This document shows, piece by piece, positions 40,010 through 50,310 of a stretch of 64,000 bases of DNA. How positions within the stretch are numbered: the first letter of the stretch is position 1; the number at the start of each line of letters is the position of its first letter. The notes under the pieces are model-generated. The model was not told the origin of the DNA, searched no databases, and saw only the letters and a list, made by a program, of their open reading frames with translations. The translations under genes were made by a program, and so were the position numbers. This DNA comes from Bacteroidales bacterium (GTDB taxonomy: Bacteria > Bacteroidota > Bacteroidia > Bacteroidales > WCHB1-69): NCBI GenBank assembly GCA_024400635.1, contig JAKSMI010000007.1:14363-78362 (forward strand), read 5' to 3'.

Positions 40010-41275
40010 TTATCTCAAATGACATATTCTTAAAATTTGCCCACCTAAGCTTCTGGTAGATCTATAAAAACTTCTTAGTATCAGATAGAATTTAGAGTAT
40101 TCCTGATCAAACCTTAAATTGTAAATCCAGTTGAAGTTTTTATCGTCCTTATAAATTTGAAGTTCGTCATATCTCTCCTTGACCTCTCTCCAACAAATTC
40201 TTAGAACTGGCGATTCTTTCATAAATCCACCAACTGTCTTTTTTGCCCCAGATAAGTATTGCTTGTAACCAGCGAAACCAAAGTCTTCCGGATTTAACCC
40301 CTCTGCAAGGAGCCCAAAAATCGTACGATAACATTTTTCGCACTTGCAGCAGTTATCACCTTCGTGTGATTTCCAACAAACACGCAAGAATAATTGTTTT
40401 TTATCATACCTTAAAAATTCGCTTAACAATCTGATTTTCTGTTGCCTACTACAATCATACTGGTCATGGATGATATTTGTTCCACAAAATTCAAGTTTGT
40501 TATCTATTGTCGGATCGCTGGCACATGTCATTTTTATGCCTTCCCAAAATGAACTTGCTATGTATATAAGTTTAATGTTGTGCAGATATGCAATTGGAGC
40601 GGTCAATCCGAGCAGGCCTATACCGTGTTGAAATCCGTGCCACCACCCATCCTTTGATTTCGACACTAATGCGTCTAAATTTGAAAAATTCAAAAAACGA
40701 CTAAAATTCGATTTAATGAAAAATGGCTCGGGAAGATTAAACTCATTTGTGGTATAATATGTCTGCTGCTTTATCGAATTCCAGCCATCAACATCGTTTA
40801 GTCCAACATCCGCTCCGCATACTGTCAACAAATGTGGACTTTCAGCGCGATGCGCTATAAGTGTAGAATACGCATCCAATCCTCCTGAAAATAGTGATAT
40901 AACCTTATTTTGTTGTGATTCCGTTCTTGATTTATTATCAATGAGTTTATTTACGGTAACATGTCCATTAAACTTGAGCATAGGATACATATTAGCATAG
41001 GCATCACGAAGACTATTTATGCATTGGTAAAAATCAATGTCAAGTTCATCCAATTCTAACAAGGAGTCAGTCAGCCAAATGATAGGTAAAACATTAGTTA
41101 CAAAGGGAATTACAGCGATACTATTGGGGGCACTTGAAATATCTTCAAAATAGTCGGCGAAGAATTCGCCCCAATCATTGCTAAAATATTTAAATAGCGA
41201 CCCTTGTGTGTCAAATCTGATGCGAATGCAATTATTCGTTTTTTTAATTTCGGTTATTGAAAGAATGTTTCTCAT
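40010..41275 (-). CDS. PP-loop (adenine nucleotide alpha-hydrolase-like) protein of unknown function
   Basis: SLFSGGLDAYST PP-loop-like motif; RVCW...NCCKCEKCYRT cysteine cluster. Confidence 0.6.
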   Translation of the reverse strand: MRNILSITEIKKTNNCIRIRFDTQGSLFKYFSNDWGEFFADYFEDISSAPNSIAVIPFVTNVLPIIWLTDSLLELDELDIDFYQCINSLRDAYANMYPMLKFNGHVTVNKLIDNKSRTESQQNKVISLFSGGLDAYSTLIAHRAESPHLLTVCGADVGLNDVDGWNSIKQQTYYTTNEFNLPEPFFIKSNFSRFLNFSNLDALVSKSKDGWWHGFQHGIGLLGLTAPIAYLHNIKLIYIASSFWEGIKMTCASDPTIDNKLEFCGTNIIHDQYDCSRQQKIRLLSEFLRYDKKQLFLRVCWKSHEGDNCCKCEKCYRTIFGLLAEGLNPEDFGFAGYKQYLSGAKKTVGGFMKESPVLRICWREVKERYDELQIYKDDKNFNWIYNLRFDQEYSKFYLILRSFYRSTRSLGGQILRICHLR

Positions 41276-41293
41276 AAATTAAAATTTTAGTGG

Positions 41294-42511
41294 TCAATTG
41301 ATAGACAATTCATATTCTCTTAATAGAATTTTAGGAGTTTGATTCGCAAATCGTTTGATAGCATTGTTATGAATATAGATTAATCTCTCTTTATCCTGTT
41401 GATTATTTGAAGCAACTATCAAGTCATAAAGCAAATACGTTCTTGATATACCATCTCCATCCGTCCTAACAATTGCGACAGAATATGTTATGCGCTCTAT
41501 AGTTTTATTCGATGACGGATATAAAGAGAGAATAATTGAGCATTCGGAATAAACGTCTGTGACATAATAGCCATAGTTAGGTGTATATGAAAAATTACCT
41601 AATGAATAAAACACGTAGGAGCTTTTGATTTTCTTAAATTTCAGAATACAATGCGGATGATTACAAATAACGAAATCTGCTCCGGCATCAACAATTTTAT
41701 TAGTAATGTAATCTGTAAATTTGCCGATGACATTGTTATATTGCCCGCCTACATGGCAGCAAACTATTAATATATCTGATACGGCTTTTGCTGACTTGAT
41801 CTTCGCTATGCACCTGTCAACGTATTTACTATTTTCCGGGCGCTCCACTTCTTCATCCGGAATGTTGTCCAATTGACCTTGATATTCATCTGATACACCT
41901 CGAAGATACAGATAAAATCGATGCAGGAATTCGGGAGTGATTTGCTTAACGAAATTTTTTAACGTACTAGTATTTGTACTTGGTTGAATTGTTATCTGCC
42001 TGTTTAACAAATCAACCATATACTCATCCTCGGGATCAAGAGAAAGATTGTGCACCTCTGTATTCAAACCATAGGTAAAAGATAATAAAGCCACCTTGCA
42101 GCCATTTATAGTCTTAACAAGAATTTGTTCAGAATCTTCTTTACTTCTATATGTTCCCGCGTGATCAAACGAATACCTTTCAACATTATCTATTGTATCT
42201 ATCAATCCACTCTTCCCATTATCCATTGCATGATTATTAGCCAATGAAAGAAAAGAAAAACCAGATTTTTTGAGTGCTTTTAAAAACTGGACAGGAGTAT
42301 TGAACCGTGCAAGTTCTTGTGTGGTAGGACCTTTGGACACAGGTGTTTCCAAGTTACCACATACGTACGCGTTATTAAATATCTTGGAAATATTACTAAA
42401 CAATGGTTCATAATCATACTGTCCATTATTATGTGCCAGTATCTGTTCGTTCTGCACTTTACTGCACATAATATCTCCAGTAAAAATGATCTTTGAATAT
42501 TCCTGATCCAT
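41294..42511 (-). CDS. CapA family (PGA_cap) metallophosphatase-fold protein
   Basis: FTGDIM, GNLETP, SLANNHAMD, H.GGQY, CNHPH, YSLGNF. Confidence 0.9.
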   Translation of the reverse strand: MDQEYSKIIFTGDIMCSKVQNEQILAHNNGQYDYEPLFSNISKIFNNAYVCGNLETPVSKGPTTQELARFNTPVQFLKALKKSGFSFLSLANNHAMDNGKSGLIDTIDNVERYSFDHAGTYRSKEDSEQILVKTINGCKVALLSFTYGLNTEVHNLSLDPEDEYMVDLLNRQITIQPSTNTSTLKNFVKQITPEFLHRFYLYLRGVSDEYQGQLDNIPDEEVERPENSKYVDRCIAKIKSAKAVSDILIVCCHVGGQYNNVIGKFTDYITNKIVDAGADFVICNHPHCILKFKKIKSSYVFYSLGNFSYTPNYGYYVTDVYSECSIILSLYPSSNKTIERITYSVAIVRTDGDGISRTYLLYDLIVASNNQQDKERLIYIHNNAIKRFANQTPKILLREYELSIN

Positions 42512-42514
42512 AAA

Positions 42515-44059
42515 TTAGTGTTTCTTAAATTTTGGCAATTTATCTTTAATCCACCTTACAATAAACGCTCTTTCAGTTTTATTCAAAACCACATAATATC
42601 CAACTAGAGAAGTCATTAATATAGAGCAGAAGCACACCATACAAAATCTTAAAAAGGATGCATCCATTAATCCTTGAACAACATGTGCAACAGAAATGCT
42701 GCAAAGTGATAAGATTATTCCTTTTAGAACAACTTCGCGTAAATATGTAGTCACAGGAAAACAAACCATTCCTCGAAGAAGCAACAATTTTGCTAGCACA
42801 GCGACAAGCAGCAGCCCCATCTCAATAATATAAACAGACTCTGGTTTTGCCCCCATAAAAAGAGCAATCCAAGACCCGAAGAACACCATAGATAAAACAC
42901 TGCTGATGATTATTTGATATTTCTTCATTCGTCCTGTAGCATAAGCCGCATGCGCTAGTGTCCCGGATAAAGAATCTGCCAAGGTTACAGCCAATGTAAA
43001 TCTAGTAATCAAAACGGCATACTCCGGAACATTTTTGAGCCATAAAGTCAAAATATATTCTGTATCAACAATAAAAGGCGCAACAAGTAAGACGATGAGC
43101 ATATAAGATAGTTTTGAACTCCTCACTACCAATTTATTCATCTCGTCAACCCGCCCTACCGAGTATAGTTTTGTAATCTGCGGAATAACTGCCGACTGGA
43201 AATTACCTGATAATTGAGTCAGCGTGCCATTGACCTGAATACCTATACCTCTGGCGGTATTAAGAATAGGACCGCAGTAATGATTAAGCAAGATATTAAC
43301 GCCTTGCGTTCTTGCCACAAGTACAGCATGAGCAGACAGATTCCATCCGGCAAACGAGCCGATTTCCTTGTATATTGTAAAATCCTTCTCAAAATAATAC
43401 CTGCTTTCCTTGAATTTGGAGAGGCAATACAGTTTCGAAACTATTCTGAGTAAAATGCCATTTAACATCATCAAGAATGCATAGAAAACAAGTTTATCTG
43501 AACCGATTTTCGTCATCAGTATAACGAAAACCAGTTTCAAAAGCACATTGCCTACACTGAATAAAGCATATACATCCAGTCTTTCTCTGGCAATTAAAAG
43601 TGAGTCGTATGGAACTTGAATTATTGATAGAAAACAACTTATGATTGAGAATTGGTAAACAATACGAGCGGCATTCATCCGTTCCGGGGGAATTGTCATC
43701 TTGGTCTCCAACAACCATAGTCCTACAGTTTCCGATAAAAGCACTATAAGTAATCCCAACGCGATATGTATGGTCATCGAGACACTGAAAACTTTACGGA
43801 CTGGCTGAATATCATCACTTCGGCCTATTTCAAATGCCATAAATCTCTGCGTGGTAGCCGCCAACGTAGAGTTCAGAAAAGAGAATAATACAACAACACC
43901 TCCAACGACATTATAAATACCAAAATCTACCGCACCTAAGGTATTAAGTACAACTCGACTAGTATATAGCCCAACAAACATAGCAAACAACATTCTCGCA
44001 TACAATGCAAGGGTGTTCTTTGCAATACGCTTGTTGTTTGAGACATCTTCCATCATCAC
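42515..44059 (-). CDS. wzx: Polysaccharide flippase
   Basis: NKRIAKNTLALYARM, YTSRVVLNTLG..DFGIYNVVGG; many TM segments. Confidence 0.88.
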   Translation of the reverse strand: MMMEDVSNNKRIAKNTLALYARMLFAMFVGLYTSRVVLNTLGAVDFGIYNVVGGVVVLFSFLNSTLAATTQRFMAFEIGRSDDIQPVRKVFSVSMTIHIALGLLIVLLSETVGLWLLETKMTIPPERMNAARIVYQFSIISCFLSIIQVPYDSLLIARERLDVYALFSVGNVLLKLVFVILMTKIGSDKLVFYAFLMMLNGILLRIVSKLYCLSKFKESRYYFEKDFTIYKEIGSFAGWNLSAHAVLVARTQGVNILLNHYCGPILNTARGIGIQVNGTLTQLSGNFQSAVIPQITKLYSVGRVDEMNKLVVRSSKLSYMLIVLLVAPFIVDTEYILTLWLKNVPEYAVLITRFTLAVTLADSLSGTLAHAAYATGRMKKYQIIISSVLSMVFFGSWIALFMGAKPESVYIIEMGLLLVAVLAKLLLLRGMVCFPVTTYLREVVLKGIILSLCSISVAHVVQGLMDASFLRFCMVCFCSILMTSLVGYYVVLNKTERAFIVRWIKDKLPKFKKH

Positions 44060-44140
44060 TAACTAATAGAACTATTTTTCCTTTAAATCATTTACTTGCG
44101 AAACTTGAATTCATCATCCTCTGTCGCGACTAGGAATAAT

Positions 44141-44629
44141 TCAAGCGAGGTTGTCGATGTCACTGCTGACACGAAGCCACGATGAAATCATTTCAAGGTC
44201 AGCAATCTTGATGGATTCGCCCATGTCGAAGACGAATATTTGGTTGCCGGTACTCATTGTGGCGGCAACCATCACCAGGTTGCAAGCTGGCGACAACGGC
44301 TTTCCTAGAAGTGCCGTAGACGAGGATGCGGTGTTTGTGGATGATATCACTCATCTTGGCGCGATAGTAATTGTAAAAGTCAACCATCAGGAAACGAACT
44401 GCCAGTGCCATCACCAGCGTGAGAAGAAAATTGACAATGAGGGCGAATAAAACAGAATGGTTGAAAACGCAGGTGAGGGCGAGAAGACTGCCGCACCCCC
44501 GACCCACCACAATGCGAAAATCAATTTTGAACTCAAATACTCTGACACGTACTTTGTAATGCTTCTCATAGAAATAAATTTACGACATTCCGCAGCGACT
44601 TGTTCATTTCCACTTTTTTTTATTGCCAT
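44141..44629 (-). pseudogene. CapD/PglF-type UDP-sugar dehydratase, collapsed by deletions
   Basis: Fragments in different frames: N-terminal TM pieces, HRILVYGT, and C-terminal ACNLVMVAATM..GNQIFVFDMGESIKIADL. Confidence 0.7.
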
Positions 44630-44842
44630 AATGCTTATTGTTGATTGTTCAATTAAAAAATTTATTCTTTCAGCCACACCATTTTGTTAACGATGCCAAG
44701 ATAGAATTGGAAAATTTTGATAATAGGACAATCGCGACAAGATTCATTATTTAAATTGAAAATCCCCAATTTGACTTATCCAAGAATATATTCATACACA
44801 CAAAACCAGACGCATCCGTTGCGAAAAATTAAATGTCAATGA

Positions 44843-45472
44843 TTAATTCTCAAAATTATCGATGGTCGGGCGACCTTTACTGAAATTCATGACAACACCC
44901 AAGTTGGCAGTCCAGTGACTAACCGTATTGTACATAAAGGAATAGCGGGCTTCAGCAAAGATTGCGATGTGTTGATTAATCTGATATTCCAATCCACCTC
45001 CGAGCTGGACGCCCATGCCCCAACTGCCGGGTCCCCACTTTGGATTCTCCTTAATTTGTGCTTCCGGATGTTTTCCCTGATATGCTTCTTTCCATCTCAT
45101 GGTATTATGCAATTCTCCATGAAGACCTACCGATGGAAAGAAGTAGAAACCTCTGCAAATAGGTAAAAGATACTGTGCATTGACAGAAAGTTCGGGCCAA
45201 TACCATCTTTCAAGGCATCCGGCCATGATTCGTGTACGGTAATTGTTGTTCTTGCAGTTGATGTCCATAACAAGGTCTCCCCATAAGCATATACTGGGTA
45301 AACCATAACCTGCTGTCAAACCATAATCGGTCAAGTAAGCCTTCCCTATAACGGTACCATGCCATTTTTCTTTTCTGAATTTTTCTTTTTCGTCTTGAGA
45401 AGAACTTTCTTGGGCAAAAGACATCGTCATTGCTGCCAACAAAAGAGCTGCTAAAATAAAGGATTTTTTCAT
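44843..45472 (-). CDS. Outer-membrane beta-barrel protein
   Basis: Signal peptide; GVQLGGGLEYQINQHIAIFAEARY; amphipathic strands. Confidence 0.7.
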   Translation of the reverse strand: MKKSFILAALLLAAMTMSFAQESSSQDEKEKFRKEKWHGTVIGKAYLTDYGLTAGYGLPSICLWGDLVMDINCKNNNYRTRIMAGCLERWYWPELSVNAQYLLPICRGFYFFPSVGLHGELHNTMRWKEAYQGKHPEAQIKENPKWGPGSWGMGVQLGGGLEYQINQHIAIFAEARYSFMYNTVSHWTANLGVVMNFSKGRPTIDNFEN

Positions 45473-45499
45473 ATTATTTTTGGGGTTAATAATAATTTA

Positions 45500-46174
45500 T
45501 TATTTCAAATACTTATTGTATTTGCTGCGGTGATTCCAAAATTCCATGTTACGAAGAGAATGAAGATCAGAACCGAAAAAGTCGTACATGCCTCTTTTCA
45601 AAAGACACTCGGCTTTGGCTTTGGCATTGCCCCCGTATGCTCCTGCCAAAGAAGAGAGATTCATTTGAAAAAGAACTCCTAAGGTTTTCAATTCCAGATA
45701 ATCATTCTCGTCCATATAGACATAACGCTCAGGATGTGCCAACACGGGAAAGTATCCTGCCTTTTTGATACGCCGCAGTATCTGGTCCATCGACATTGGC
45801 GGATTGAAGTACGAAGTTTCCACTAAAAGTTTATTTCCTTCCTCTCCCAAAGGCAACAAGTCTCGACTGGCAAGACGTTCCTCAAAAAGCTCATCCATCA
45901 TATACTCTGCCGCCAAGTGCAATTTAACTGGTCCGTCGTAGGATGCCTGCAATTCCTCAAACCGCGCCTTCAAATCCTCCGTCTTATTCGGCACATCTTC
46001 CATTATATGCGGCGTACACCATAGCGTCGAAATACCTATTTCCTCGTAATGAGCCAATACGTCCAACGCCATCTCCATGTTTTTTACGCCATCATCAACC
46101 CCCGGCAGGATGTGAGAGTGATAATCCGTAAAACCGGACAATAAGGACTTAAGGGTAGGCCTCGAAAACAACAT
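45500..46174 (-). CDS. CpsB/CapC PHP-family tyrosine phosphatase
   Basis: DYHSHILPGVDDG, TPH, AAEY, LAHPERY, GSDLH. Confidence 0.92.
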   Translation of the reverse strand: MLFSRPTLKSLLSGFTDYHSHILPGVDDGVKNMEMALDVLAHYEEIGISTLWCTPHIMEDVPNKTEDLKARFEELQASYDGPVKLHLAAEYMMDELFEERLASRDLLPLGEEGNKLLVETSYFNPPMSMDQILRRIKKAGYFPVLAHPERYVYMDENDYLELKTLGVLFQMNLSSLAGAYGGNAKAKAECLLKRGMYDFFGSDLHSLRNMEFWNHRSKYNKYLK

Positions 46175-46176
46175 GG

Positions 46177-48636
46177 TTATTCTTCTTCCGTATGATAGTA
46201 TGAGTCATGTCCATAATAGCCATAATTATGGTAATCGTAACGATAACCGTAACGATAACCGTAACGATAACCATACTTGTAACCATAATGGCTGGCTGCA
46301 GTGGTGGCATTGAGAATAATAGACAAGTTATTGTATTTGTGTTGTTGGTAGAGCGCTTCGATATCGGGAAGGACATCACGTTCCAATAGACCCGCACGAA
46401 TGACGAAAATGGTCCGGTCAACGTAGTTGTTGATGATTTGCGTGTCAGCCACCATATCCACCGGGGGACAGTCAATAAGTATGTATTCGTACTCGGGTCG
46501 GAGCATTTCCAGCATGTTGCCGAAGGCAGCATCCTCAAGCAATTCGGTGGGGTTTGGCGGGATGGTGCCTACGGGAAGATAACTTAAAGTTGGGTAATCT
46601 TCACTGTTAATGATAACTTTATGTATGTCGGCAATCTGCTTGCCCAAAAAGTTGGCAATACCCTTCTTTGGAGAAAAAATATAAGCAGACAAGGAAGCAT
46701 GGCGCAAATCACCGTCAACAACCAGGACTTTCTTGCTTTTGATAGCCAATGCGATGGCAAGGTTCATGGTAATGAATGACTTACCACTACCTGGATTGTA
46801 GGATGTTATCATTATGGTGTTTGCATGTTCCTCCTTGGACATAAACTCAATGTTGGTGCGAAGTATGCGGAAGGCCTCGTTCACCATGTTACGACTACCA
46901 TGTTTCACCACGATGGTTTCACCAAAACCCTTTTTCTCCTCTTTGTCTTTTTTCCTCATGCGGTTTTTACGAACCTCTTTTTTCTTTTTCTTCATCTCAG
47001 TAGGGCTGAAAGTCATGGGTATTTCACCAATGAAAGGAATCGTCAGTTTGTCGAGATCCTTACGGCTACGTACGGTGGTGTTAAAGTATTCGATAAGAAA
47101 GATGATGGCTACAGGAATTGCCAAACCGACGAGGAGGGCAATGAGCCAGATGCGGGACTTACGGGGCTTTGTGGGCGCACTGCTGCCGTTAGGGTGTTCA
47201 ATCACGCGTGTGTTATAGGCGGTAAAAGCCTGCGAAAGCTCGTTTTCCTCTCGTTTTTGGAGCAAGAACAGGTAGAGGGCCTCCTTCACCTTCTGCTGTC
47301 GTTCCACTGAAAGTAAGTATTTTTCCTGGGTGGGTTTGGCAGCCAGTTGGGCATTTATTATTTCCTCTGTGTTTTGGAAGTTGGTGAGTTGTGCATTTAA
47401 TGACGTCAATTGATTATCAATAGAAGAAATAATGGTGTGTCGGAGAGCATTTAGTTTCGCGTCAAGGTCTATCACCAAGGGATTCTGCTCACTGCTGTTG
47501 GCAACGAGGCTGTTACGACGAAGCATCAACGCGTTAAACTCGGCAATTTGTCCCTCAATATGGCTATTGTTGAGACCAGAGTTGACGGGTAGCAATTGGT
47601 TTTTAAGCGTCTCATTAGTCAAGTAGTAATTGCGTATATAACGAGTAATCGAAATCTGGTTCGTCAGTTCGTTGATACGCGTATTGGTCTCGCTATTCTG
47701 TTGTAGGTACATATTGGATACAGCCGCCACATCTGGGAGAAGATGCTCGCTCTTAAAGGAAGAAATATCGTCATCTACGACACCCAAATCTCGTTCAATC
47801 ACTTGCAAACGATCGTTGATAAACATAGAGGTGCTCACCGTAATCTGGTTTTTATCCTTGATCCAAGCCCCGTTGTAAACGGCGATGAGCATATTGAGGA
47901 TGTCATCGGCGCGCGCAATGTTGATGTCATTGACAGAAAGGTCGATGATATCGGTATTCCTCTCGGCAAGCGAGATGGTGATTTTGTTGGCTAATACGTA
48001 GGCAGCACTGTTGATGTCTGAACGTTGAACATGAATCTTGGGATAGTTTTTCTCCCAACTGAAGTATTTTGTGGTGCGCACACAAAGCGATCCAATTGGG
48101 GTAGCCGTCGTTTCGTTCGGTTTGACAACCACTTCTTTGTCCATAACATCACCGTAAATTTTAAAAGCGGAGAGGGTGATTTTTCCCTTGTTCACCTTTA
48201 TATCAAACGCCACAGATTTATTATTGGCGAAGTCCTCTAATTCCACCTTCACGGGCAGGGTGTTGTCGTAAAGCATATTGTCGTGGAATAGACCTTCCGT
48301 CGTATAAGTCATATCAAGGTGCAGTTGTTGAACCACTTCGATCATATTGTCATGAGACTTTATCGTATTCAATTCATTATTGATATTCACCCCCGTCTTG
48401 AGAAAACCAAGATTTTCAATGTCACTGATATGGGCCGTGGAGTTGCCTTTATCCTCAGACTTGATAAGGATTTTCGCATGTCGGGTATAGACAGAAGGTG
48501 TCTTAAGAATGTAGAAAGTGGCTCCTGCCAGCATCACAACGACGGATATTAGAAACCAGTACCATTTAGCGAGGCACTTATAGAAAAATGTTTTTATCTG
48601 CAGAGAACTGCTTTCAGATTGTTCGCTTGTTGACAT
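46177..48636 (-). CDS. wzc: Wzc tyrosine autokinase/chain-length regulator
   Basis: Two TM segments, EAFRILRTN, PGSGKS, DGDLR, PPNPTELL, IDCPP, C-terminal Tyr cluster. Confidence 0.95.
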   Translation of the reverse strand: MSTSEQSESSSLQIKTFFYKCLAKWYWFLISVVVMLAGATFYILKTPSVYTRHAKILIKSEDKGNSTAHISDIENLGFLKTGVNINNELNTIKSHDNMIEVVQQLHLDMTYTTEGLFHDNMLYDNTLPVKVELEDFANNKSVAFDIKVNKGKITLSAFKIYGDVMDKEVVVKPNETTATPIGSLCVRTTKYFSWEKNYPKIHVQRSDINSAAYVLANKITISLAERNTDIIDLSVNDINIARADDILNMLIAVYNGAWIKDKNQITVSTSMFINDRLQVIERDLGVVDDDISSFKSEHLLPDVAAVSNMYLQQNSETNTRINELTNQISITRYIRNYYLTNETLKNQLLPVNSGLNNSHIEGQIAEFNALMLRRNSLVANSSEQNPLVIDLDAKLNALRHTIISSIDNQLTSLNAQLTNFQNTEEIINAQLAAKPTQEKYLLSVERQQKVKEALYLFLLQKREENELSQAFTAYNTRVIEHPNGSSAPTKPRKSRIWLIALLVGLAIPVAIIFLIEYFNTTVRSRKDLDKLTIPFIGEIPMTFSPTEMKKKKKEVRKNRMRKKDKEEKKGFGETIVVKHGSRNMVNEAFRILRTNIEFMSKEEHANTIMITSYNPGSGKSFITMNLAIALAIKSKKVLVVDGDLRHASLSAYIFSPKKGIANFLGKQIADIHKVIINSEDYPTLSYLPVGTIPPNPTELLEDAAFGNMLEMLRPEYEYILIDCPPVDMVADTQIINNYVDRTIFVIRAGLLERDVLPDIEALYQQHKYNNLSIILNATTAASHYGYKYGYRYGYRYGYRYDYHNYGYYGHDSYYHTEEE
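46237..46272. repeat. Perfect 12-bp tandem repeat x3 encoding (GYRY)3
   Basis: GTAACGATAACC x3. Confidence 0.95.
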
Positions 48637-48686
48637 ATTTAAAGGGTTGAATTTGTTTTCTAAAGTTCTTGATTAATGTAAAATTC

Positions 48687-49508
48687 TTAGTGCTTCAATA
48701 TCACTGTGAAGGTCGTAGCCAAAGATGCCAACAGAGACACAATGGACATCCAAAACGAAGCGGAGCGAACAGTGTTGCCGTTCACGGTAGATTCGTTGGC
48801 TCTCTTCTTATTGGGTTCCACATAGACGTAATCGTTCTGGTGGAGGTAATAGACCGGGGAGCTTTGTACGTTTTGGAGGGAACGCATGTCAACATGGTGG
48901 ACTAAGAATTGACCTGCGGTATCGGGACGGAGTACCAAAACATTGTCGCGACGACCGTAGATGGTCATATCACCGGCCTTTGAAATCGCGTCAAGGATTG
49001 TTACGCGGTCTCGTTCGATATTGTAGGTGCCCGGTCTGGTCACTTCACCCATCACAGAAAACTGTAAATTCACAAACTCTACCGTAACGATAGGGTCATT
49101 GACTAAATTGCTGGTGATGAGTTCATTCTTTATGTAGGAGGACAACTCTTCGCGGGTCTTGCCGGCAGCCGGGATTGAACCCAGCACGGGGAAGTCAATG
49201 GTTCCATCGCCTTTGATAATATAAGCAGAAGTCCCATGACTACTGCCACTCGCCGAGGACACTTGCCCAATAACACGAGTCGTATAAGGCAAGTTGAACA
49301 AAGCCGTTAATTCCGGATCCTTGGTGCTGACAATAATGGAAATCTTATCTTCCGGACGCAAGCGTATTTCTGGAGACAGCATCTGTACGGAGGCCGTATC
49401 TTGCACTGTTTGAAGATCTTGAAAATAAGAAATCTGTTTTGTCGTCTTACAAGATGACATCAGCAGGAGAGAAACGGTAAGAGCGAATAAAAGGTTATAT
49501 GATTTCAT
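48687..49508 (-). CDS. wza: Polysaccharide export lipoprotein
   Basis: Lipobox LMSSC, DGTIDFPVLG, VMGEVTRPG, AGDMTIYGRRDNV, QNDYVYVEPN. Confidence 0.92.
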   Translation of the reverse strand: MKSYNLLFALTVSLLLMSSCKTTKQISYFQDLQTVQDTASVQMLSPEIRLRPEDKISIIVSTKDPELTALFNLPYTTRVIGQVSSASGSSHGTSAYIIKGDGTIDFPVLGSIPAAGKTREELSSYIKNELITSNLVNDPIVTVEFVNLQFSVMGEVTRPGTYNIERDRVTILDAISKAGDMTIYGRRDNVLVLRPDTAGQFLVHHVDMRSLQNVQSSPVYYLHQNDYVYVEPNKKRANESTVNGNTVRSASFWMSIVSLLASLATTFTVILKH

Positions 49509-49562
49509 GTTAATATGATTTTGTTGATTGGAAAATTCAAAAAAAAACACGGGATAAAATTA

Positions 49563-50090
49563 TTAATCGTTGATTGGCTCAAGCAGACAGCTTGGAATAT
49601 ATGAGGTGGCAACCGCCACAATGCCTTCGATGCAGACGATGAGGCGGCGATTGCCTTGTATGCGTTTGATGTAGCCTTCCGCACCCTCGAACTGCCCACC
49701 GGTGACCCGCACACGTTGACCTTGGCAGTATCGGGTCGCATCTGCGTCAAGGTATTCAAGATATTTGTCGTCAGCGCGGGTGACAAACATGAAAATCTGC
49801 ATCTCATGGTCATCGATGGCAATAGGTCTTGTTGAATTAATGTAGTGGTAAACGAAGGCCCGCCCCTCGAGGTCTATTTGCAGCCGGTATGCCAGCTTTT
49901 CTGAGGCACGGAAAAACATCAACGAATTGACCGCCGGCTTCTCTACCACTTTCCTTTTCCCTGCCCGCACGATTTCCACATGCGTCACGGGAATATACGA
50001 CTCCACTGCCATTTCCGTCAGCAAGTCCCTGATCTCAAAGACTTTATTATAAAATACTTTTAATGCGTACCAATGCACTTCGTTTGTCAT
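49563..50090 (-). CDS. upxY: UpxY (NusG-like) transcription antiterminator
   Basis: WYALKVFY, PAVNSLMF, M.IFMFV, GQRVRVTGGQFEGAEG (KOW); ATG 50090 preferred. Confidence 0.9.
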   Translation of the reverse strand: MTNEVHWYALKVFYNKVFEIRDLLTEMAVESYIPVTHVEIVRAGKRKVVEKPAVNSLMFFRASEKLAYRLQIDLEGRAFVYHYINSTRPIAIDDHEMQIFMFVTRADDKYLEYLDADATRYCQGQRVRVTGGQFEGAEGYIKRIQGNRRLIVCIEGIVAVATSYIPSCLLEPIND

Positions 50091-50300
50091 GTTCACGTAT
50101 TTGACAAAACCTTCCATTCCCCACCACAAAGTAAGTAGGTCATGGGAACGCCGATCAATTAGTAATTCCTTTTTTCGGCTATGTTCACGAAACTGCCCCA
50201 GTCCCGATTCCAATTTCCTCGTTGGAAGTAATAATTTATTTTATGTCGTAAAAATTCAAATAGTAGATTGAGTATTAGTTTTTACAAAATTTAATATGTT

Positions 50301-50310
50301 TGCAAAGATA
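50301..50310 (-). promoter_or_regulatory. Bacteroidetes -7 promoter element of the capsule operon
   Basis: Minus strand TATCTTTGCA about 210 nt upstream of upxY. Confidence 0.65.

Noticed and set aside
46149-46538. ORF with VIVT repeats
   Set aside because: Alternative frame of the Wzc tyrosine-cluster repeat
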